A stretch of DNA of 64,000 bases from Candidatus Binatia bacterium. Lineage in GTDB: Bacteria; Desulfobacterota; Binatia; HRBIN30. The stretch covers positions 64,001-128,000 of the forward strand of contig JBBRSP010000003.1 in assembly GCA_038245295.1 (NCBI GenBank), read 5' to 3'. Under the pieces are notes generated by a model, which did not search any database, was not told where the DNA came from, and saw only the letters and a program-made list of their open reading frames with translations. The first letter of the stretch is position 1. Each line of letters opens with the position of its first letter. The translations under genes were made by a program, and so were the position numbers. Shown here piece by piece: positions 31,590 through 40,306 of the stretch.

Positions 31590-31635
31590 AAACGTCCCAA
31601 AGGGGGGCAGGAGTCATCCTGCACGTGGGACGTTT
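31590..31635. promoter_or_regulatory. 10-bp inverted repeat upstream of the LuxR-type regulator
   Basis: AAACGTCCCA-26 nt-TGGGACGTTT. Confidence 0.4.
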
Positions 31636-31651
31636 GTATTGGGGGAAAGCG

Positions 31652-33886
31652 ATGCCCGCAACTTCTGTAGCGAGTCGGCTTCGCCGTGGGGGCAAGCCTG
31701 TCGGTGCGGTGACCACATTGAACAGTCTACGGCGCGCCGTGCGCGATGCGGTCGCCGGGGGCGGCGCCGATGCGGTGCCGCAACTGTGTCAGGCCCTGCT
31801 GGCACTCGCCGCCGCACAATGGCGCCGCGGCGACATTCCGCATGCGCAACGTGCCTATCGGCGCGCTGCCAAGGTGGCGGAGGAAGCCGGCCTGGCGGAT
31901 GAGTTGGCGCAAGCCGCTCTCGGATTCGGGGGGCCGGCGCCGCGCCCGCAGTTCTTCGATGAGCAAGCGACACTGATCGAGCAGGCCCTGCGCCTCTTGC
32001 CGCCCCAGGATAGTGCCTTGCGGGCTCGATTGCTGGGCGTGTTGGCGGTGACGTCGTCGATGTCGCGATCCGCCACGGATCGACGCGCCATGGTGACGCA
32101 GGCACTGACGATGGTCCAGCGGCTGGACGACAGGGACGCCCGAGCAGCGGTGCTCGATGCGGCTCACCGGGCCTGCTGGGAACCTGAGTTTCTGCAGGAG
32201 CGCCTGCGGCTCGCCGACGAGATCCTCGCACTGGCGCGCCGTCAGCGCGATCTCAAGCGTGAGATCCTCGCCTATTCGCTGCGATTCACGGATCGCGCCG
32301 AGGCTGGTGATGTCCATGGAGTCGACGCGGACCTCCTCAAGTTCGGCGAGCGTGCCGACGAGCTTGGCCATCCGGTCTACGAGCAGCCGGCGGTATGGTT
32401 CTCGACCTGGTGGCGTGCCACGCGCGCCTTGCTGGAGGGGCGCTTCGGCGAGGTCGAGCGCCTGGCTGAGCGCAGCCTGTCGCTTGGCGAACGTGTGCAG
32501 AAAGATCTGGCCAGGCAGAACTACGGAGTGCAGCTGTTTGCGTTGCGACGCGAACAGGGGCGATCGGCCGAGTTGGTGCAAGCGGCGGCGGCCATCGACC
32601 CCACGGCGCGCGGAGCAGGCTGGCGGATCGGTATCGCCGCGCTTTCGGTTCCAACCCTGCAGCAGCGCTACGCCGAGTTCTGGCACGAGCCGAGTTGGCG
32701 CGTTGGCTACGTCGTGGCGTGTTGTGATGGAGGTCTCTTCGATGCGGCTCGCGAGATGTTCGACGAGTTGGCGGAGCATCAGTTTGCTGCCACACTGCAG
32801 GACTCGGCTTGGCTGGCCAGCGTCGCTCTGCTTGCCGAGGTGTGTGTCAAACTCGGCGATGCGGGGCGGGCGCGATTGCTCTACTACGCCCTGTTGCCGT
32901 TCCGTGATCGTTATGTCGTCGTGGGACCGGCATCCTTTTACTGGGGGCCGGTATCGCGAGCCCTCGGTTTGCTGGCTACCGCCATGGAGCAAGGACAAGT
33001 GGCCGAGCAACATTTCGAAGCTGCCATCCAAGCCGCCGAGCGAATCGGGGCATTTCCTTGCCGAGCGCACATCGAGTTTGAGTTGGCGCTAGCCCTGCGT
33101 CATCGCGGCAGTGTGCGAGATCTGGAGCGTTCGACTGCGTTGATCAGCAGCGCGGCGGAATTGGCCGAGCGATACGGTATGGCGCGGCTGCGGCTGCTGT
33201 GTCGGGAGTCGACAGAACGTGTCGTCGAGCCCGCCTCCGAGGCGGGCCGGACGTCCGGCGACAACCGCGTCACGGCCACCGTGGCGGCCCTTCTTGATGC
33301 GATGTCGGATGGAATTGCCTTGATCGATGCCAATGGTGCGGTTCTCTATCTCAACGAGGAGGCGGCGAGCCACGTGCACAGTGGCGAGGTCTTTACAGTG
33401 CGAGGCCGCACGCTTGTGTTGCAGCCAACCCTTCCGCAGGCGTCGTGGCTCGGCGACGCCTTGCGACAAATTGTGTCGGATGGCGCAGCGCTTTGCGCCA
33501 CCGTCGTGCCCAGGCGGCGGCAGCCGGGATTGCGAGTGCTGGTTTCTCGCTTGTCGATCGCGGGCGAATCGAAGCTCGGGGCCTTGATCCTGGTGCGGAT
33601 TGTCGATCCACTGGCCGACCGCGGCATGTGTGTCGATCTGGTCCGCCGGCTGTACGGCCTGACTGCTGCGGAAGCACGCCTGGCGCGGTTCCTCTGTCGT
33701 GGCATGACACTCTCCGAGGCTGCCGCGGAGGCGGGGATCGCGACGAGCACGGCGCGCAATCAGCTCAAGTCCATCTTCGAGAAGACGGAAACGTCTCGAC
33801 AAAGTGACCTCCTGCGCCTTTTGCTATCGAGCAGCGCGGGGTGGCGCATGCCCTTCTCGGAGGACGGCGTCGGCGCGATGCGCTGA
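31652..33886 (+). CDS. TPR-like helical + PAS-like + LuxR HTH transcriptional regulator
   Basis: LLDAMSDGIALIDANGAVLYLN (PAS-like); YGLTAAEARLA...TARNQLKSIFEKTETSRQSDL (LuxR HTH). Confidence 0.85.
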   Translation: MPATSVASRLRRGGKPVGAVTTLNSLRRAVRDAVAGGGADAVPQLCQALLALAAAQWRRGDIPHAQRAYRRAAKVAEEAGLADELAQAALGFGGPAPRPQFFDEQATLIEQALRLLPPQDSALRARLLGVLAVTSSMSRSATDRRAMVTQALTMVQRLDDRDARAAVLDAAHRACWEPEFLQERLRLADEILALARRQRDLKREILAYSLRFTDRAEAGDVHGVDADLLKFGERADELGHPVYEQPAVWFSTWWRATRALLEGRFGEVERLAERSLSLGERVQKDLARQNYGVQLFALRREQGRSAELVQAAAAIDPTARGAGWRIGIAALSVPTLQQRYAEFWHEPSWRVGYVVACCDGGLFDAAREMFDELAEHQFAATLQDSAWLASVALLAEVCVKLGDAGRARLLYYALLPFRDRYVVVGPASFYWGPVSRALGLLATAMEQGQVAEQHFEAAIQAAERIGAFPCRAHIEFELALALRHRGSVRDLERSTALISSAAELAERYGMARLRLLCRESTERVVEPASEAGRTSGDNRVTATVAALLDAMSDGIALIDANGAVLYLNEEAASHVHSGEVFTVRGRTLVLQPTLPQASWLGDALRQIVSDGAALCATVVPRRRQPGLRVLVSRLSIAGESKLGALILVRIVDPLADRGMCVDLVRRLYGLTAAEARLARFLCRGMTLSEAAAEAGIATSTARNQLKSIFEKTETSRQSDLLRLLLSSSAGWRMPFSEDGVGAMR

Positions 33887-33966
33887 GTGCGCGCGCCGAC
33901 CAAGCGCCGAGAGTCGCTACGATACAGACTCGACAGAGGTTGGATTCCCTCCTAGGCTTTTGAGCC

Positions 33967-36900
33967 GTGGTTACAGATCCTGCCCGTGATGCCTGGGCTC
34001 ACCGTTCGCCGTTTGTCGGTCGCACGCATGAGCTCGCCGAGCTACGCCGAGCGCTCGACGACGCCTATGAGCGCCGGACGCGCGTCGTCCTCATTCCGGG
34101 GGATCCGGGAATTGGCAAGACCCGCCTGGCCAACGAAATCGCTGAGGAAGCGGCGCAGCGCGGCGCCGCCGTCCTATGGGGACGCTGCTGGGAAGGCGGC
34201 GGCGCGCCGGCCTACTGGCCGTGGGTGCAGGTGCTGCGTGCCTGCAGTACGCACGAGTCTGTCGATCCGCTGATCGCCGGTGAAGCCGCGGCTCTGGAAC
34301 GTCGCCTGGCTCCGGATACGCGTCGTCAGGCCACCCCGGAGCCGCGTGTCGAACCGACCAGATTCGATCTCTTCGACGAGACCACTCGGCTGGTGCGGCA
34401 CCTCGCCGCCAGCGGTGTCGCCGTGATTGTGTTGGATGATTTGCACGCGGCCGACGAACCATCCCTGCATTTGATGTTGTTCCTGGCGCGTGAACTGCGC
34501 AATGCTTCCGTGCTTGTCGTTGGCACCTATCGCGACGCGGCTACCCGACAATCACCGGCGCTGGCGCGACACCTCGCCGCCTTGTCGCGTGAAAGTCGGG
34601 TGCTGCCGCTACGCGGCCTGAGCGACGCCGAAGTGGGAGAGTTCGTCGCCGCTCTCGTCGAAGCCCCACCTCCGGATACGCTTGTGGACGAGTTGTGTCG
34701 CGTCACGGAAGGGAACCCCTTTTTCCTGGACGAGATCGTGCGTCTGTGGCGTGCCGGCAAAGGACGGAACGTGCCTGACCGGTTGCCGATTCCGGATCAG
34801 GTGCGCGATGCGATCCGCTATCGGCTGGAGCCGCTCGGCGATGCGATTCTCAATGTGCTGCGCGTCGCCGCCGTGTTGGGCCGTGAATTCGAGCAGCGCA
34901 TTGTCGAGCGTCTCGTCGCCGCCGATGCGGCGCCATCGGTGTATCGTTGCTTGACGGAGGCGGTCGCGGCGGGTGTGGTGCACGAGATGCCGACGCAGCT
35001 CGGTCGGTACCGTTTCTCTCATGCCCTGATCGTCGATACCCTTTACGCCGATCTAGGGAGTCCGGAGCGCGCCGCGGTCCATTGCGCCGCGGCGGCCGGG
35101 CTCGAACGCCTGTATGCCGCGGCCCTTGATGCCCACGCGGCCGAGATTGCCGAGCATCACCTGCGCGCCGGGCGCAGCGGTGACGCCCATAGCGCCGTTG
35201 CCTTTGCGCTGCGGGCAGGGCGGCGCGCGATGCGTGTGCTCGCCTACGAAGATGCGGCCTACTGGTTTGAACGTGCCGACAAGGTGATGGACGAGCTTGG
35301 CGCGGAGCCGCTCGCGCAAGCCCAGGTCTGGCTCGATATCGGGGAAGCCCACCGCCTCGCCGGCAGTTTCGCTCAGGCGGCGCCGGCATTTCAACGCGTC
35401 GTTGCCGTGGCACGGCGACACGGGTTGCGCGAGGCATTCGTCGAAGCCGTCCTAGGAATCGGCCAGGTCGCTGCCGAGACGGGTGTTGTCAATGCCAACC
35501 TGGTGGCGTTGTTGGAACAGGCACTGACCTGGCTTCCCGAGGAAGATAGCGCCGTGCGGGTGCGACTCCTCGGTCGCTTGGCGGTGGCATTGTACTTCTC
35601 GCCGAGCGACCCACGGCGCGAACTTGCTAGCCGGGACGCCGTCGCCATGGCGCGCCGCCTGGACGATGCTGGTGTGCTTACGGTGGCGTTGCGGACACGG
35701 CATTTCTCTCTGTGGAAGCCTGGCGCGGCCGAAGAGCGGCTGGCTCTGGCGCGTGAGATGCTGCGTTTGGGGGAACGGATTGGCGACGTCGAAGCGCAGT
35801 TCGGCGGCCTCAACTGGGGTGTGATCGATCAACTTGAGCTCGGGCAAATCCAGGCGGCCCGCGAGGACCTTGCGGCCTATGGTCAACTCGCGGCCGAACA
35901 CCACGCGCCGCGCGAGCAGTGGAATGTTACCCTGCTGCGTAGCGCCCTGGCTTTGTATCAGGGCGATCTGAGCTCTGGGGAGTATTTGGCGAAGACGGCA
36001 TTCGCACTCGGCGACCGCTGGGAAGTCGCCAATGCGGCGCAGTTTCTCAGTGTCCAGACATTCATCTTGTTCCGCGAGCTCGACCGCCTGCAGGAGCTCG
36101 AGGGCAGCGTGCGTACTCTGGTGGAACGCCTGCCGAATCTACCCGTTTGGCGCTGCGGTTTGGCGCTGTTGTATGCCGAGACCGGTAAGAGAGAAGCGGC
36201 GCAGCGTGAGCTGGCGTTGCTGGCGGCCCACGATTTCGCCGACTTGCCGGCGGATGCAAATTGGATTCCCGCCCTTTGCCTGCTCGCCGAGATTGCCGCG
36301 GCCACGAAAGATGCGGCGCGTGCGCAGACTCTTCTTGATCTACTGCGCCCCCATTCCGGCTGTACGTCGGTGTTTGGCACAGGCGCCGCGTGTGCCGGGT
36401 CGGTGACCTACTATCTTGGGTTGCTCGCGGCGACCGTTGGCAAGACCGACGAAGCGGCAAGCTGGTTTGCCGCGGCAGAGCACACTCACACCGAAGCGGG
36501 AGCATTCCCGTGGATCATTCGCGGACACGTCGCCGAAGTTGAAATGGGTCTGCGTTTCGGCGTCGCCGTCGATGCGCCGCTGGCGCGCTTGCATGCCGTG
36601 TTGGATGGCCTTGTTCTGCCGCGCCTGCAACGCCAGGTCGAGGAGATTGAAGCGTCGTTGCGAGAGCGCCGGAAGCCCGGCCCGGCGGCAATCCAGTTCG
36701 AACAAGCGGGGGAGTATTGGTCGTTGCACGGCACCGGGGAGCCATTCCTGCTGCAGGATACAAAAGGCTTGCGCTATTTGGCGCATCTGTTGCGCCATCC
36801 TCGCGACGAGTTTGGTGCCGCGACGTTGCAACAGCTGGGCGAGGGCCACAGCAAGACACGAATCGATGCTGCCGTATGCGCCGAACGTGCGGAGCTAGAA

Positions 36901-37179
36901 GTGCTGCAAAGTGAGTTGGCCGAGGCCGTATCGTTCAACGATCTTGGTCGCATCGAGAGAACTCGGGCTCAGATCAGCGACCTGGCACGCCGGGCGACGA
37001 GTCGCTCGGAAGCCGAGGCGCCGGCAGCGGAAAAAGCCCGGCTGAATGTGACCCGCGCCATCCTGGCGGCGGTGCGTCGCATTCGTGCGCAGGACGAGGT
37101 TCTTGGCCGCTACCTCGCGACGAACGTTCACACCGGCAGCGTTTGTTGCTTCCAGGCGGGTCCCTGGCCGCCGAAGTAG
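33967..37179 (+). CDS. STAND-like AAA ATPase/TPR regulator
   Basis: FVGR, Walker A GDPGIGKT, Walker B VIVLDDLH, GNPFF, TPR-like repeats, C-terminal KGLRYLAHLL...EKARLNVTRAI domain. Confidence 0.88.
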   Translation: MVTDPARDAWAHRSPFVGRTHELAELRRALDDAYERRTRVVLIPGDPGIGKTRLANEIAEEAAQRGAAVLWGRCWEGGGAPAYWPWVQVLRACSTHESVDPLIAGEAAALERRLAPDTRRQATPEPRVEPTRFDLFDETTRLVRHLAASGVAVIVLDDLHAADEPSLHLMLFLARELRNASVLVVGTYRDAATRQSPALARHLAALSRESRVLPLRGLSDAEVGEFVAALVEAPPPDTLVDELCRVTEGNPFFLDEIVRLWRAGKGRNVPDRLPIPDQVRDAIRYRLEPLGDAILNVLRVAAVLGREFEQRIVERLVAADAAPSVYRCLTEAVAAGVVHEMPTQLGRYRFSHALIVDTLYADLGSPERAAVHCAAAAGLERLYAAALDAHAAEIAEHHLRAGRSGDAHSAVAFALRAGRRAMRVLAYEDAAYWFERADKVMDELGAEPLAQAQVWLDIGEAHRLAGSFAQAAPAFQRVVAVARRHGLREAFVEAVLGIGQVAAETGVVNANLVALLEQALTWLPEEDSAVRVRLLGRLAVALYFSPSDPRRELASRDAVAMARRLDDAGVLTVALRTRHFSLWKPGAAEERLALAREMLRLGERIGDVEAQFGGLNWGVIDQLELGQIQAAREDLAAYGQLAAEHHAPREQWNVTLLRSALALYQGDLSSGEYLAKTAFALGDRWEVANAAQFLSVQTFILFRELDRLQELEGSVRTLVERLPNLPVWRCGLALLYAETGKREAAQRELALLAAHDFADLPADANWIPALCLLAEIAAATKDAARAQTLLDLLRPHSGCTSVFGTGAACAGSVTYYLGLLAATVGKTDEAASWFAAAEHTHTEAGAFPWIIRGHVAEVEMGLRFGVAVDAPLARLHAVLDGLVLPRLQRQVEEIEASLRERRKPGPAAIQFEQAGEYWSLHGTGEPFLLQDTKGLRYLAHLLRHPRDEFGAATLQQLGEGHSKTRIDAAVCAERAELEVLQSELAEAVSFNDLGRIERTRAQISDLARRATSRSEAEAPAAEKARLNVTRAILAAVRRIRAQDEVLGRYLATNVHTGSVCCFQAGPWPPK

Positions 37180-37189
37180 GGCGGCTGCC

Positions 37190-37255
37190 GCCATTTGCCC
37201 ATTTGGCTATTTGGCCATTTAGTCTTTAGTCATTTGGCCATCGGGCCACTTGGCC
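37190..37255. repeat. Degenerate octamer tandem repeat (GCCATTTG-like)
   Basis: gccatttg-cccatttg-gctatttg-gccattta-gtc-ttta-gtcatttg-gccatcgg-gccacttg. Confidence 0.65.
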
Positions 37256-37258
37256 GTC

Positions 37259-38212
37259 TTAGGCGGGTAGGCCGGTCGTTTCACCGAGCCCGAGCATCAG
37301 GTTGATATTCTGGATCGCCACACCGCTGGCGCCTTTGCCCAGGTTGTCGAGAATGGCAACGAGCAGGACATGTCCGGAAGGATGCGGTAGGACGTGCAGG
37401 TCCATACGATTGGTGTCGTTGCAGGCGAGCGGATCGAAGCTGCGATCGTGGGTCGCCGGTGCTTCCTGAAACTCGACAACTCGGACGAACGGCTCCTCGG
37501 CATAGCGCGCCTGCAGAGTTTCCCAGATCTCGCGCCCATTGGTGTCGGCGACCAGCGCCGCGTGCAGCGGAATCTGGATGCGCATGCCGGCGCGAAAAGG
37601 TCCAACCGCGGGCTCGAAGTACGGCTCCTGTTGCAGGCCGGAATATTTCGTCATCTCTGGAACGTGTTTGTGGACCCGCTCCAGCGCGTAGGGTGCTTCA
37701 TAGGCAAGCGACAGGAGGCTGCCCTCCGGATCTTCCCATTTCTCGATGAGTTGCCGCCCGCCGCCGGAGTAGCCGGATAACGCGTGTACGCTGATCGGGG
37801 CGAAAGGCGAGAGGAGCCCGGCGTCGATCAAGGGCCGCAGCAACAAGACGATGCCGCTCGGGTAACAGCCGGGATTCGATACGTACTTGGCGGCCCGGAT
37901 GGCGTCGCGCTGTTCGGGCGCCAGCTCCGGCAGTCCATAGACCCAGCCGTCGGCGACCCGATGTGCCGTGCTCGCATCGATCAGGCGCGTCGGTGTATCC
38001 CGCACCCAGGAAGCGGCTTCGCGCGACGCATCGTCAGGCAGACACAACACGGCGAGATCCGCCGCCTGTAGTAACTCGCGCCGCGCCGCCGCATCCTTGC
38101 GCTGTTCATCCGGGAGGGTGAGGAGCTCGACGTCGGTGCGTGCCGCCATCCAGTCGCGAATGCGCAGGCCGGTAGTTCCGACGTGGCCGTCTATGTAGAT
38201 CCGTGGTCGCAT
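37259..38212 (-). CDS. argC: N-acetyl-gamma-glutamyl-phosphate reductase (type 2)
   Basis: IDGHVGTTGL, DASTAHR, SNPGCYP, SGYSGGG, DNLGKGASG. Confidence 0.95.
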   Translation of the reverse strand: MRPRIYIDGHVGTTGLRIRDWMAARTDVELLTLPDEQRKDAAARRELLQAADLAVLCLPDDASREAASWVRDTPTRLIDASTAHRVADGWVYGLPELAPEQRDAIRAAKYVSNPGCYPSGIVLLLRPLIDAGLLSPFAPISVHALSGYSGGGRQLIEKWEDPEGSLLSLAYEAPYALERVHKHVPEMTKYSGLQQEPYFEPAVGPFRAGMRIQIPLHAALVADTNGREIWETLQARYAEEPFVRVVEFQEAPATHDRSFDPLACNDTNRMDLHVLPHPSGHVLLVAILDNLGKGASGVAIQNINLMLGLGETTGLPA

Positions 38213-38281
38213 GGGTAGCTGATGCTATCCGCTGGCGTCGTGTGGCTCAATTCGGGAGGCGCAAAAGCTTTCGACGAATGA

Positions 38282-39634
38282 CTACGGCGCCAGCGTCGCG
38301 CCGACTTCCGTCAGCGCATGGTCGAGCGCCGTCACGATGGTATCGATTTCTCGCTCCTTGATGATCAACGGCGGGCACAGCGCGATGGTGTCGACACTGG
38401 CGCGCACGATGACGCCCTGCGCCAGGGTGGCGGCGCGGATGCGCAGCGGGATGTTCCATTCTGGCGGCAACGGTTCCTTGCTCTGCTTGTCGCGCACGAA
38501 CTCGAGTGCGGCCATCAGGCCGGCGGCGCGCACCTCGCCGACGATCGGGTGTCGCTCAAGGGTACGCAGTTTCTTGGCAAAGTAGGGCGCCAGACGGCGC
38601 GTCCGCTGCACCAGCTTTTCCTTTTCTATGATGTCTAGATTCGCCAATCCTGCCGCACAGACGACCGGGTGACCCGAATACGTAAAGCCGTGGTACAAAG
38701 AAAAGTCCGGCCCGGCATCGACCATTGTCTGGTAGATATCCTCCTTCATGAGTACGCCGCCGAGCGGCAGATAGCCGCTGGTCACGCTCTTGGCGAAGGA
38801 GATCATGTCGGGAACGGCCTTCCAGCGCTGTATGCCGAAGTTGTGCCCGAGACGGCCAAAGCCGGTGATTACCTCATCGGCGATCATCAAGACATTGTAT
38901 TTGTCGCAGATGGCGCGGATGCGCTCGAAATACCCGGGTGGCGGAACGATGACGCCGCCCACACCTTGCACCGGTTCGGCAATGAACGCACCGACGGTGT
39001 CGGGACCCTCCTCGAGGATGATGCGCTCGAGCTCGTCGGCACAGGCCAAGGCGCATCCGGGGTACGTCAGCTTGAGCTCACAGCGGTAACAAAACGGTCG
39101 CGCCATGCGCAGAACCCCTGGCATCATCGGCTCGTAGTACTTGTGGAAGTAGGGCAGGCCGGTGAGACTTGCCGAGCCGGTCGACGACCCGTGGTAGGCA
39201 CGTGTCAGCGCCACCATCTTTACCTTGTCGGCTTTTCCCTTGAGTCGCCAATACAACCGCATGAAGCGGATGACGCTTTCATTCGCCTCGGAACCGCCGG
39301 ATGTGAAGGAGACGCGGGTCAGCCCCTTGGGCGCCATCTTGACGATGCGCGTCGCCAATTCCTCGGCCGCCGGAGAGGAGAAGCCGAGGAGAGTCGGAAC
39401 AAATTCGAGGGCCCGTATCTGGCGCGCCGCGGCCGCGGCGATCGTCGGTCGGCCGTGGCCGACAGCAACGTTCCAGAGCGATGCCAGGCCGTCGATATAT
39501 CTATTTCCCTCGTCGTCCCACACGTAGATGCCACGACCCTTCACCAAACGAGTCGTGCCGTTGGCGGCGATCGTCGCCGGCGAGGCAAAGCCGCAAATCA
39601 AGTTCTTCGGGGCGCGACGACGTGGTTTCGGCAT
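38282..39634 (-). CDS. Class III PLP-dependent aminotransferase
   Basis: SGGSEAN, AYHG, EPVQGVGG, DEVITGFGR, AKSVTSGYLPLG. Confidence 0.94.
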   Translation of the reverse strand: MPKPRRRAPKNLICGFASPATIAANGTTRLVKGRGIYVWDDEGNRYIDGLASLWNVAVGHGRPTIAAAAARQIRALEFVPTLLGFSSPAAEELATRIVKMAPKGLTRVSFTSGGSEANESVIRFMRLYWRLKGKADKVKMVALTRAYHGSSTGSASLTGLPYFHKYYEPMMPGVLRMARPFCYRCELKLTYPGCALACADELERIILEEGPDTVGAFIAEPVQGVGGVIVPPPGYFERIRAICDKYNVLMIADEVITGFGRLGHNFGIQRWKAVPDMISFAKSVTSGYLPLGGVLMKEDIYQTMVDAGPDFSLYHGFTYSGHPVVCAAGLANLDIIEKEKLVQRTRRLAPYFAKKLRTLERHPIVGEVRAAGLMAALEFVRDKQSKEPLPPEWNIPLRIRAATLAQGVIVRASVDTIALCPPLIIKEREIDTIVTALDHALTEVGATLAP

Positions 39635-39807
39635 TTCCAGGCTCCCTCCTGCGGCATAGACCTATAGAGTATGGACCGGCATCAAAGGAAGTCGCCAAAT
39701 CCAATACGCTGCGCCGGACGTAGTTTGGATCGAAGTGGTAAGACCAGAGTCGCTTCACGGCGGCGAGAAGGTTACACGGGAGACACGTTGTGGTAGGCGC
39801 CAACTGG

Positions 39808-40227
39808 ATGAGAAAGCGAAGCATCATGCCCAGGCTGGCCTCCGTGGTCATGCTGGCTGCCTTCGCGTTCCAGGCGGGAACGCCACGTGTCGCCGTTCTG
39901 TTTCACGAACATGCCGGCGGTGAGCACGCTCACGTACACACCAGCGACATCGACGCCCTCATCAACGAATTCGCTACCCCGCCGCAGATCCGTGCGCGCA
40001 TCGCCCATCGCGCCGCCAGAGGCCTTGCCCTCGCGGTCGAACATCACAGTGGCCTGCACGCGCACTGGCAACAAGCCTTTCACGGGATCGATCGCCCATC
40101 CGATCCTCCGGCGCTCGCCGTTGCTGGCCTTGCCAGATCCCTCGGCCGCGCGCCGGGCGCTGCCGCCCTTCGAGGCAGTACGCTCGTCCCCCAGGTCCGC
40201 GGCCCGCCCCTCCCCGCCTGCGTCTAG
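39808..40227 (+). CDS. His-rich secreted leader protein with C-terminal RGPP ribosome-arrest motif (CruR/DUF2946-like architecture)
   Basis: 139 aa; N-terminal signal/TM segment, FHEHAGGEHAHVH and EHHSGLHAHW, ends PQVRGPPLPACV; 79 nt upstream of the TonB-dependent receptor. Confidence 0.72.
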   Translation: MRKRSIMPRLASVVMLAAFAFQAGTPRVAVLFHEHAGGEHAHVHTSDIDALINEFATPPQIRARIAHRAARGLALAVEHHSGLHAHWQQAFHGIDRPSDPPALAVAGLARSLGRAPGAAALRGSTLVPQVRGPPLPACV

Positions 40228-40306
40228 AACATACTACCAAAGCAGGAACGGGGACCGGGTTGTCGGTTTCGCAGCACCGCGCCCCGGATGTTCATGGAGG
40301 GAGCGG

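Noticed and set aside
39887..40306. 140-aa N-terminal extension of the TonB-dependent receptor in the ORF track
   Set aside because: A strong SD and signal peptide begin at 40307; the upstream region is better explained by the His-rich leader in another frame
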